A DNA stretch of 64,000 nucleotides from assembly GCA_009103225.1 (NCBI GenBank), contig RHPI01002990.1, forward strand, positions 762,767-826,766, read 5' to 3'. Origin of the DNA: Chlorokybus atmophyticus. Lineage: Eukaryota > Plantae > Mesostigma and Chlorokybus algae. The notes beneath the pieces were generated by a model, which worked only from the letters and a program-made list of their open reading frames with translations, made no database searches and was not told the DNA's origin. How positions within the stretch are numbered: position 1 is the first letter of the stretch; every line of letters starts with the position of its first letter. Shown one piece after another: positions 38,066-48,598 of this stretch. A program made the position numbers and the translations under genes.

Positions 38066-39088
38066 TCACTTCCTACATCTCATCTTCCCGGCCCCTCCCC
38101 CTCCCACCCTCACCTTCCTAACATACGCGACAAACCTGGCCACCCCTTCGTGCTTCATCAACTTGTCCACCGAGTCGTACTCCGTCCCCAACACCTCGTG
38201 GTCGGGCACGGCGCGGTGCACGGCGGAGTGGCAGGGGCGACAGAGCCACGCGCCGTCGAAACGCTGGGAGGGAGTGATGAGACCGCGCTTGAGGAGTTTG
38301 GCGGAGACGGAGCGGGGGTGCAGGTGGTGGAAGGTGAGGGGCATGGCACGGGAACAGAGCTCGCAACCGCTGGAGGTGTCGGCGTCATCCTCGTTGTGTT
38401 CTTCAACCTGAGACAACAGAAAAATGATTGGTGGCTTCGTGCTCTGTGTGTGAATACGCGTACCAATGTGCGCGTACACGCGTGCGCGTGCGCTGCAGTG
38501 TACGCACACACACGCACAAGCGCGCAAGCACACGCACACGCACACGCATCCCACATGGTACGTTGGGAAATGCGGGCTGGACTGTGCGTGCGCCCGCGTG
38601 TGCACTGCAACACATCCACACGCATACGCGCACACACACAGACGTACGCACGCATCTCCACACAGCACCAATCCATCAAATGCCCTACTTACACTCACCG
38701 CCGGTGTCTCATACTCTTCCAAGTGTTGCAACCCATCCCACACCGCTTCACACGCGAGTTCTGCTTCCAACTCACTCCCAACTAGTCCCAAATCAAACAG
38801 GTGTCCCGTCAGCAGCGAGCCAAGCACGGCCGGGCTCTGCGCCGCCTGCTTCGCGGACGCAACGATCTCAGATGTGAGAAAAGGTCCAACCGACTCGTCA
38901 ACAGATGATAGAGTTGGGATTGCTGATGTGAGGAGGTTGAGGAGGGTTTGGGAGCTGGAGGAGGTAATGAGGGTTGGGTCGAGTGGTTGGGGGGAGGAGG
39001 AGGAGAAGGTGGTGCTTGTGGTGCTTGTGGGGGTGGTGAGGGTGGTGAGCACTGGGGAAGTGCTTCCGCTGCGGCGGCCTCTGGGCAT
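38066..39088 (-). CDS. HNH-type Zn-binding nuclease-like protein (YisB-like C-terminal domain), 2 coding exons
   Basis: The intron at about 38409-38695 (GTGAGT...CTCAG) joins an N-terminal helical region to GCELCSRAMPLTFHHLHP..WLCRPCHSAVHRAV..EYDSVDKLMKHEGVARFVAYVRK, i.e. a CxxC..HH..CxxCH pattern. Confidence 0.8.
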   Translation of the reverse strand: MPRGRRSGSTSPVLTTLTTPTSTTSTTFSSSSPQPLDPTLITSSSSQTLLNLLTSAIPTLSSVDESVGPFLTSEIVASAKQAAQSPAVLGSLLTGHLFDLGLVGSELEAELACEAVWDGLQHLEEYETPAVSVSRAFDGLVLCGDACVRLCVCAYACGCVAVHTRAHAQSSPHFPTYHVGCVCVCVCLRACACVCVHCSARARVYAHIGTRIHTQSTKPPIIFLLSQVEEHNEDDADTSSGCELCSRAMPLTFHHLHPRSVSAKLLKRGLITPSQRFDGAWLCRPCHSAVHRAVPDHEVLGTEYDSVDKLMKHEGVARFVAYVRKVRVGGGGAGKMRCRK

Positions 39089-40589
39089 GAAGAGGTGAAT
39101 GAAGTGGTGTGAAGCTTGCAGATGGGTGTGTATGTGTTTGTGGATGGGTGGGTGCGTAGCTATCGTCGGGATGTAGTTCCTGCGAGGACAATCGGCACAG
39201 ACAACAAGTCAGCGAGCGCAAACAGGCGCACGCCCACGCACATGAGCCTGTGCCTAAACACAACAGCGGCTGCAGGTTGCAACGGGTTATTGTGACCTGA
39301 CTTCATCCCCGAGTACACGCAGCTGAGAGCGATGGCACGCTTGCATGTGCAACAGTCAGCTAGAGTACGATGAACTGAAGCAGCAGACATCTGTGTTGAG
39401 AGGTTGATACGTGGTGCGAGATCGCACACGTGTGCATGCAAGTCCTGGAACAAACCAATCTCAACCAAGGACCTCTGTCACAAGCATGTGCTGCCTGATA
39501 GCCAACAGACAAACACAAAATATCACCTAAGCACACTTGCTGTGCAGCAACAGCAGACGCTGCTGCGAAGCGTTTGCTTCACTACTGCCGGTCACGACCT
39601 TCCGGTGTGTGGCCAACAGCCCTGAAGCCCAGTTTTCTACTTTGTCAAGGTGAGCAAGTGAATGAATGAATGCATGAGTGAGTGAGCGCACTCGTGACCT
39701 AATTGCTGAGTGATTGATTGAGTGATTGTGCTTTCAAACGCCGGTGCAGAGACCCAAAACAAGCCTCAAGTCGCATGCAGCTTCGCTCACCACTTGCCCA
39801 ACACGGCGGCGGCCAGCAGCGTCTTAAACCAAATACTGGTCCTCCTACTACCGCCTCTGCCTCCGCCTCCGCCTCCGCCTCCCCCTTCCCCGCGCCCAGC
39901 ACCGCCGCCGCCGCCACTACCGCCGTGGCCTGCTCTACTGTGCGCGATGCACAGCGAGCACTACGCCAAAGCGAGCGCTAGAATCTGCCACCAGAATAGT
40001 GTTCTCCCCCGGGAAGAAAACCAAAGCAGCACCAAAAACACATACAAGGAAACCGTGCACAGGCGCTTGGCTTTGGCACATCTTGCTTGTTTCAGTGCAG
40101 TCCGCCTGGGGGCTTTGTGCCTCGCATTCGATTGCTGAACGTGTGCGGAGACAACACCTGCACAGAGCACGCACGCACCACCGAAAGGGGTTGAGTGCTT
40201 GATGCTGCAGGGACCCTTACTTGTACAACCAGAAAAGTTCAAACATATTCACAGCTGCGAACGCTCTCTTTAACATGGCATGTTAAAACGATATTGATTG
40301 AAATATGACGTGCACCCGCATCTGACATGCAATATGCAAGCTTTGATGCACACCGAAACGAGCATTCAGCCTGAATAATTCAGGTATGGCTGTTCAGTTG
40401 TGCAACCTATGCGTGCAAACAGTAAAATACACAGCTTCAGGAGTATGTGCGGTGACCTTTTTGATAAAAGCAACGCCTTTGAGATTGCGCATTGTATACA
40501 AGTCAAGCAAGCTGACATTGCTCACATGACAAACAATTGCATTTACAAGTATATACACTATACAACACAACGCATATCCTTCATGCTGA

Positions 40590-42458
40590 TCATCTGCGCG
40601 GGAACTGCGGCGAAACCAGCTGCGAACACCCACACGCGAGATATTAGAGCGTCCATACACATCGAGGCCATTAAGGCCAATGCGCAACAACAACAAGTAG
40701 CATGCAACATCCAAACACACACCTCCAACGTAGCAAACACAAGCCGCATGCGCTCGGATATGATGGGAGCGGGCTCGGCGGCACCAGAAACAGCCAACTG
40801 CTCCATTTGCAGTCGTTTCACTGAAAACCTACAATGAGGCAACATAAGATGTCAGACTGCAAACACCAACAGCATATTGTAAGCAAACCTGCCACCTTTG
40901 CAATCATACCATGCCATGCCTTTTATGTAATAGGCATTGACGATCATCGCAACAAAGCCTTTCCAACTCAGACAGGACGCCTCTGAAACCGGCGGAGCAA
41001 CGGACCAACGCTGCACCTATGAAGATGTACAAGCCCACAACGAATTGTTGTGACCAAGTGACCCCATACGAATACATACATACACATGAATAGATAAATG
41101 CACATGCACAGGACATCACATACCGTTGCCTTGGGTATCAGCATCAACGTGAGCCACACGATGACGAGTCCAACCAGCCAGTCTCTCGCTAATGCGCTTG
41201 AAGCATCTTGCGAACCATGACTAGACACAGCCTGCATAAAACCGCCATTGCAGCAAGCCAGCATGGCAAGTACATGTCATACACAAGCAGAATGTTTTTT
41301 TCGTTCCCCACATACTTCAGGTGCTGAGGTCAAGGACTGTCTCAGGCTGTCTTCGCTGCAGCCGCACTCATATGCCAGCACACTCGCGCGCACAAAGTCC
41401 TGATGAGCATGATGGTCAGTTCTTGAACTCGAGCTCACGCTGCGTGGTGGTAGTTGTCCCAGCATTTGGTGGAGTGCATCAACTGCTCATGATGGTGGCA
41501 CAATGCGTGATGATTGCGCACCTTGATGGCGCTGTCGTAGCTCGTGTTGGCTAGGCTCGGGTTTTGAACTACGTCATAACTGTGCCTAACAACCTGCTTG
41601 CAAGAAAGGTGGTCACATGCATGCAGCTGCCTTGGTGTCCGTTGGTGTCTGACGAGGCATGTCTGTACTTGGGAACAAACTATGTTAACAGATCTGTTTA
41701 CATAGTCATGCCACAATCAGTAATGTGCTGACACTCGTAGACTATAACAAGTTGCTGGCTTCCAAATGAAGTGTGTGTCAACTGCTGCAGCAAATGACAC
41801 GCGGGGATCAGTGACCAGCAGTGTCAATGTCTAAGCCCCTAGCGTCAGAGTCACTCAGACTCCAACATACACATGTGAACGCATGCTATCTACTGCACTA
41901 TGTATGGTGTAGTGCTCGTGTAGCCGTCTCTCATGCTTACAAATTGTAACATAAGTTCGAGACAAGCACCAAGTGCTGCGAGTGTGTACTGCAATAAACA
42001 TGCAAGTTTGCTTGTTGATGGCAACAAGTAAGTAGCATGCAAACCCCTGTTCTGACCTGCGCAATGTCGCGGCTGGATTGGCGCTGCTCCGGCGGCTGGA
42101 CGTTGCAGCATGCTGGCACTCTCCCTGCACGCCCACCCCGCAACCCCTGCATTGCACACAGTAAAAGCATGAGGCAAGCACAGCATGTTTTCCATTTCCA
42201 ATTTGCACAGACCACAAACTCAATCCGACTACACACCTGAACACCAGGCAAGCATGCAGCCCGAAGCCTGCGAACCAGCAGAGGCGGCGGCAGCGCCCGC
42301 ACGAGCAGCATAGCTGACTAGAAAACTAACTACTTACGTACTCTCACAGTCAACAAGCAAGCCTAGCACTAACGCATGTACTGAGAGCGCAAACCATCAA
42401 CCCGCCGCCTGCTCGTCGTCAATGCCGCCATCACCGCCGCCCTGGTCACTGTGGCCAT
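40590..42458 (-). CDS. Conserved uncharacterised protein, probably plastid-targeted
   Basis: Spliced: MATVTRAAVMAALTTSRRR (transit-like), DFVRASVLAYECGCSEDSLRQSL, LVGLVIVWLTLMLIP, VQRWSVAPPVSEASCLSWKGFVAMIVNAYYIKGMAW/FSVKRLQMEQLAVSGAAEPAPIISERMRLVFATLE/LVSPQFPRR*. The C-terminus resembles a land-plant family that I recall but cannot name. Middle exons are uncertain. Confidence 0.8.
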
Positions 42459-43330
42459 CGCTGCCGTGGCCAAAGCCAAATCTGCCGCTAGCCCGATATC
42501 AAACCCAATCGCCAATATCAGCTCAACACCGATATCGAGCTGCGTATCTAACTTCATTGAATGCGTAACTTACCGCCATTGTCGACGTGGCCAAACGTTG
42601 GTCGGCAGCTGACGTGAGGCTGACGTGTTATAGGAAGCGGCGTGAGTGCCGGCGGCGCTATGCCGCGGCACAGCCGGCCGCTCATGTCCGCGCGTGACCG
42701 TCACTCCAGCGCTGACTCTAGCGCTCCGCTGACGAAAACAGCAAAAAGTGCAGCAGCGCGCTGCTATGCACGGTTGTCATTGGTCGTCAAAACGCCAAAA
42801 CAACTGCACTTTTCGCTTTGAGTGAGAGTATTGCCTGTACGGCACATCTTGTATTAGAGTATTAAGCCGGTGGACTTTGCACAGGTATTGGAGTGTACTG
42901 GTTCTGGTGCCACAGGCCGGTCTTCTGGAAGCATCCGTCGACAAGGTTGCCGCTGCATAGTCTTGACTCTGACAACTAACGGCGGAAAGGGTATGCTGCA
43001 TTCCGGCTGCCAACATTAGGTGCATGGCATTGACCTTGAGCAGCTTCATCAACGACGGTGAAAGATAGAGTGCGGTTACCGTCTAGCTGGGAGTCTCACA
43101 TTGTGGCTACGATTACGCTTAGTGACAAGCATAGTGTATTTTTGTGGCGGCGGCGGCGGCGGCGGTGAGCTGGTCGAGCTTGTACAAGGCATTGGTGAGA
43201 CGGGGATCCTCCCTCCTTGGCGTTTTATCAGGGAGGTGCTGAGCATTGCTTTAAGGGCGACGTGTGCTGCAATTGCTGCACGCTGACCATTCCGGCGGAG
43301 GGTCAACCGAGCCACAACACGCGCTAGGGC

Positions 43331-44369
43331 ATGGCAGCTGCTGCCAGCGAGCTGCTGTTGAGGAGCGGGTTTGCTGGCCTGGCTGTAGGTGACGGCAGCA
43401 AGAGGGTGTGCGGCGTTGAGCCGGCGGCCGCTCTGAGGATCCCGGCCCGGCCTGTAGCGCCAGGCCGTGCAGGCCAAACCGCAGCTGGTGGACGATCAGC
43501 ACCCACAGTCTGCCGCATCAACCTGCTCGCTGAAAGCAGCCTTCACATTGAACTCGCCCGCAAGTCACTCAACGATCTCATTCAGCACAGTTGCAGGCAG
43601 TGCCACGGTGAGTAGCATTACATTGTTTGGTGCGTTGCGCGTGCCTCCTGTCTTTCGCCAACCCAATCTGCTCACTTAAAAATGCATTCACTTGCAATTG
43701 TCTAGTGAACCAGACAGTGTGTCATGTATGCATGCTTGAGTCGCGCTTGCTTGCATTAAACTGACAGCTTTGGTCTGTGTGGCTGCTTGTTGCAGGAGAG
43801 AGGAGCGTGCCATGCGGTTGTTGCGATGGACGAGGGTTTCTGCAGAAGGGCGGGTATAATCGCCGCAATCCTGTGAACGTGTCGCATCTCATTGGTGAGT
43901 GAGTTTTGGTGTTACTGAGTTACTTGCACTGTGCTACTCTTCTAGGAATGTTGCCTCGCATCTGTACTTCTTGAATAGAAAAGCTCAAACACAGCATGGC
44001 AGTGCAGCATATCTCCATGCGCTTGCTTAAAGGCAGACTGCTGTTACTAAATACTAACATGTATACATAGGCTCGAAGTGGACTGCAGAGGAGCGGACGT
44101 TTGGTTGGCGTCACTTCCGCGTTGCATCAATGCGCAAGCATGGCAAGGCTGTCTTTGTGGAGATGGTGTCATGCTGCGACGAGACGAGCAGGTTTTGGCT
44201 CAATACAACCAACCTGAAGGATCGGTTGCAATGGACAATGGGCTGGAAGCAAAAGTCTGAGATGGACAATGCCAAAGCTGGCGAAGGCCCCGTCTGCAAA
44301 GCCTGTCAGGGCGCGGCAGTGCTTCCTTGCCCAATGTGCGCCAAACAGTCCAGCGTGTTTGAGATCTGA
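43331..44369 (+). CDS. DnaJ-type Zn-finger protein with an embedded Trp-rich (TIGR02450/DUF2389-like) domain; probably plastid-targeted
   Basis: Three exons (43331-43607, 43796-43894, 44071-44369): CRQCHGERSVPCGCCDGRG..GSKWTAEERTFGWRHFRV..FVEMVSCCDETSRFWLNTTNLKDRLQWTMGW..CKACQGAAVLPCPMC. Confidence 0.85.
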
Positions 44370-44552
44370 CACCGGTGAGCTGGTAGATGCCCATGCTGCA
44401 CACAGCATGGGCGTCACCATTGTTCTGTACATAGTGGTTCAGTTCACTACAGTAGGACTTTGAACAACCAACCCAGATTGAGGATATGTAGGTACATACG
44501 GCAGAACAGTATGCCAACGAAACAATCGCTTGCTTATTGTATGTGGGCCATC

Positions 44553-44788
44553 GTCTTTGCCGTCGCTGCTGCTGGTATTGCATGCAGTCTCCCTTGTTGG
44601 CGACATGCCCAGCAGGGCTTGTGGGCATTTGCAAGCAGGTGTCAGAGCAATCTGTGCGCATGGTTGCAGAGTCTTTGCCGTCGCTGCTGCTGGTGTTGCA
44701 TGCAGTCTCCCTTGTTGGCGACATGCCCAGCAGGGCTTGTGGGCATCTGCAAGCAGGTGTCAGAGCAATCTGTGTGCATGGTTGCAGA
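44553..44788. repeat. Tandem duplication, 118 bp x2
   Basis: Units start at 44553 and 44671 and differ at 3 positions. Confidence 0.95.
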
Positions 44789-44963
44789 TTCATTGGGCTG
44801 TTGCATTCAGTGGAACTTGTGCTCAACTCATAAGGTGCAAAGCCATCATCCCCTCCCCCCCCCCCCCTCCCGCCGCATGGTTGCAGATCTATTGGGCTGT
44901 TGCATTGAGCGGAACTTGTGCTCAACACATAAGGTGCACAGTCATCCTCCCCACCCCCGCCGT
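44776..44963. repeat. Tandem duplication, about 99 bp x2, overlapping the previous repeat through gcatggttgcaga
   Basis: gcatggttgcagat..attgggctgttgcatt..ggaacttgtgctcaac.cataaggtgca starts at 44776 and again at 44875. Confidence 0.9.
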
Positions 44964-46646
44964 CCTCAGGTCACTCTCCTGGCGTAGCATGTGTGAGCTT
45001 ACCGTGGTATGGGCTGATGTACATGTGTACAAAAGATGCGACCTGGATAGTGCACATGCATCTAGTCACATCAGTGTTGTTGCATATGCATCATGTCCAT
45101 GCGCATGCAACACTTCACACCACACGCATACTCACCTCCACACAACAACCATCGGGCGAAAGAGTAGCATGCTCTTGTATGCTACTTACCTACTAGCTAC
45201 CCCTACCCCTATCGGCCCCCTGTCAGTCATGCATGCATGCACTCGCGGTCTTGATTACTTGCGCATGCGCCTTGGTCAGTGGACCAGCTGCTGCAGCGGT
45301 GACAACATCAGCCAAATGTGGACTCCCTCCCCTCTCGCCTCCATCCTGCTCATATCGTGTGTGAGAGTGCAAACGCATTCATTGGTGTTACATGATGGTA
45401 TGCTAATAATAGTCGTGCAGGGTCATAGGTTGCGTATGGTCAATTTTGCTTGTGCATAGTATTTTTCATATTCATGTTTGTGTGCCAGTCAATTGTCAAA
45501 GCAAGTCGAGGCATGTTATGGCTTGTTCTGAATGGACATAACACCGAAAACCATTACATATGGTGATTGTGCATGCGTTTTGACAATACCAAGTCATAAT
45601 GACATGTGCTTCCGTACCATTCACGTGCAGGCTAGGCTTCCCAATCACAACAAGAGTGCATGATAACCGCATGCGCCTTTGATCGTTCGCTTACCAGAAT
45701 TAGACAACAAATACAAAGTACAACAAGCTCAAATATTGCAACACTACAATATTATTACGCAACTCCTACAAGTGGGCAACTTCCATCCTTCGCACCACAC
45801 TAGTACTTGCGTCACACTCAACAGACTTACTGCTAAGCATACATAACTATGTACAATCAATTTTGATTTACACAATAAAGTGATGTGATTTGCCTTGTTT
45901 TGGTGTGCTTTGCCTTGTAGCCCCACCACTCTACTGTATTACTCCATACAGTGTGCGCAACTTAAGGTCAATCACATGCAGCCTTTGCTCCTCTCTGCTT
46001 GTCTCTTTCATTGCTGGTTGGGGACACACACTAATGTTGTTGCATCTCGCTCACGCCTACCTAAATGGTACTATGTATTGTTGCTGCTTTTTGCATTACA
46101 CATAGCTAGTCTCCTTAGCGATACCCTAAGTCTGGTGGTAAATGTAATAGGAGGGTGGGAGTTGGTATGTTTATGGCTAACTTGGTATGCTGTGAGTGCT
46201 TTGTGCCTGAGTGTGTTTGTGTGTTTGCGCATGAAGTGTGTGTGCACGGCAAGGTGTGCACATCCATGGTGACACCTCATGCAGCGTGCGCTCCTCAGGC
46301 TCTTGTTGTGACTCATGAACAGGCGATTGGCACATTCTAGGCGCACTCTCAGAAACAGCCTGTGACAGGTTACCTATCCCCGAGCAGCGCATTCTCCTAA
46401 CCAGGGCACATTCATACCAATAGCCAGAACCCACGCCACTGCCACCGACGACGGCGGCGGTGGCAGTGGCGGTGGCGGTGGCGGCGGCGGCGCTGTAGAG
46501 GGTTGCCGCGTCTGCGCTGCAACTGACTCGTTTGTTGCATTAGCCTCGTGACTACCAGCGATTCGCAGGGCAGTGTCAAGGGTGTCAGCAGCAGTGAGGG
46601 GGAAGGGTTTGCACAACACTAGCTTGTCGTCTGCCGGTCAGGCAGG

Positions 46647-48598
46647 ATGGTGGTTGATGCGCGGTGCATCAACGCCTCCAACCCTTACCACGAGTGCTCG
46701 GCCTACTGCGCCAACAAAATCCAGCAAGCTTTAGACAAGGCTGCCGCTGCGAAGGCCGCAGCACCGCCCCCCAAACCCAAGCTTACCGGACCAGGTAAAA
46801 CCCTAGTCCGCACATACACAGTGAACACTGTGCCTTGCGGAAGTGTTAAAGTTGCTCAAAGAGAATGCCTTCTTCAGCTTGGCTGGTCAATCTGCTCGTT
46901 GAAGCTAGCGTTATGGATTCAGTCAGCGCGTGAAGCCTAACATGCTGCATTGATGCTGAGGCGTTTGCCTCACAAGCATGCCTGTTGCGCTCACGGTTGT
47001 GTTGGCCGTTCAGTAGGCAACCTCCTGCTCGTTGAAGCTAGCGCGTCTGTCAGCGCGTGAAGCCTAACATGCTGCATTGATGCTGAGGCGTTTGCCTCAC
47101 AAGCATGCCTGTTGCGCTCACGGTTGTGTTGGCCGTTCAGTAGGCAACCTCCTGCTCGTTGAAGCTAGCGCGTCTGTCAGCGCGTGAAGCCTAACATGCT
47201 GCATTGATGCTGAGGCGTTTGCCTCACAAGCATGCCTGTTGCGCTCACGGTTGTGTTGGCCGTTCAGTAGTCAACCTCCTATTTTTATGTGCTTTGCAGC
47301 TCCAACTGCGAAGCCGCAACTGTTGTCATTTGGAGAGACGGTGCTTGCTGAAGAGCATGAAAGGCTTCTGGCGAAAGGCGCCGCTGCAAAGCTGCGAGTA
47401 TTGAAAGAGATCGCAGCGGCAGAACCAGCTGCGCCAGCAGCACCACTACTGGATAATGCTCCTGAATCATCAAGCAGAGAGGACGCTTCGGCTTCAGCTC
47501 AGCAACAGTCTAATGTACGGTCTAACCTCAAGTTGAGACTGTATTTAAAAATTATGCCGAGCAAGATGTGACTGAAGCTATAAGCTTTTTACTTGCACTA
47601 CAGGTGAACGTTGATGAGCATGCTGGAGAGCCCAATGAAAGCGGCGGAGCTGAGCCGGAAGAGGAAGAGGCTGTTGAGCCTGGGCACGATCCCATGGCCA
47701 ACATGACGCCTAAGGAAAGGAGATTGTTCGAACTGCGCTTGCGATTGAACGAGTGCCGCAAGGCCAACCACAGCGCGGCCGTGGCCGAGAAGAGGAAAAC
47801 AGAACAGCCTGAAGTTCAGCGCGACATCAGCAAAAAGCGCTGGTAAGAAATGAGAGTATTTGCTTCACCGCTGTGCACGCGTGCTCTGGTATGCAACATT
47901 GTCTTGCGTGGGTCTGCATGTCAGCTGGCTGTTTGTTGTAGTCTCAATCATTGCATCCTTGCTCTGCTATGTTAGGTGGGAAGAGAAGCAGAAGCACATA
48001 GCAGAGACGCTGGCAGGAAGTGGCATCGATCCCAGCAAGCGCTACCTACTGCACACAGAGGAGCAGGCAGAGGAGCAATACAAGAAGCGTCAAAAGAAGC
48101 CGGCTGCCTTTGGCTGGGATGTCTTCAACCAGCGGTCTCTATATAACGCTTACAAGAAGCGCACCCAAAATGTCCCGTACACGCCAGAAGACTACGAGAA
48201 AATCAAGGCGTCCCAACCAGAATTTTATCGCGATGCTGACAGCATGCAGGTTGGGAGTGTTCCGAATGCTGAGTGCAATGTACTTTGGTTGTTTGATCAT
48301 GGATTGCACCGTGAGTTCACCCCGCTATATGCCAGCTCATATTGCAGTCGTTGTCCTGCAGTATGGCCGTGATGTGCCTGTTCCAGAGGAGAATGTGGAT
48401 CGCATGGTAGCAGAGTTGGAGAAGAGGCACGAGGGTCGCAAAGAGTTCAGCAGGAGACGTCGCTACCATGAAGAGCGGGATATTGACTCGATCAACGATC
48501 GCAATGAACACTTCAACCGGAAAATCGAGCGCGCCTTTGGCAAGTACACAACTGAGATCAAGGCTAATCTGGAGCGCGGGACGGCTTTGCCGGACTGA
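46647..48598 (+). CDS. SYF2: Pre-mRNA splicing factor SYF2 (plant type, with N-terminal CINASNPYHEC motif)
   Basis: ARCINASNPYHECSAYC, RLFELRLRLNECRKANHSA, KKPAAFGWDVFNQRSLYNAYKKR, FSRRRRYHEERDIDSINDRNEHFNRKIERAFGKYTTEIKANLERGTALPD*; 5 exons. Confidence 0.97.
46798..46805 (+). promoter_or_regulatory. Telo-box AAACCCTA at the start of SYF2 intron 1
   Basis: gtaAAACCCTAg directly after the donor. Telo-boxes are typical of plant translation and RNA-processing genes. Confidence 0.4.
46922..47280. repeat. 127-bp tandem repeat (2.8 copies) in SYF2 intron 1
   Basis: Units start at 46922, 47049 and 47176; copies 1 and 2 are identical and copy 3 has one substitution before diverging. Confidence 0.97.

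Noticed and set aside
37537-38785. ORFs containing long X runs
   Set aside because: They read through the N gap and are antisense to the HNH gene.
38466-39098. 210-aa + strand ORF
   Set aside because: Shadow of the HNH gene plus a stop-poor alternating intron.
39700-40300. Pro-rich and hydrophobic ORFs on both strands
   Set aside because: GC-rich trinucleotide-like sequence typical of UTR or promoter; no consistent spliced frame found.
44200-45459. Several long Cys-rich ORFs (up to 309 aa)
   Set aside because: They arise from the tandem duplications in stop-poor sequence; no domain is recognisable and all frames look alike.
46922-47280. 127-bp array as a CRISPR-like array or snoRNA cluster
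   Set aside because: Units are fully identical with no variable spacers and no C/D box pair; eukaryotic intron context.
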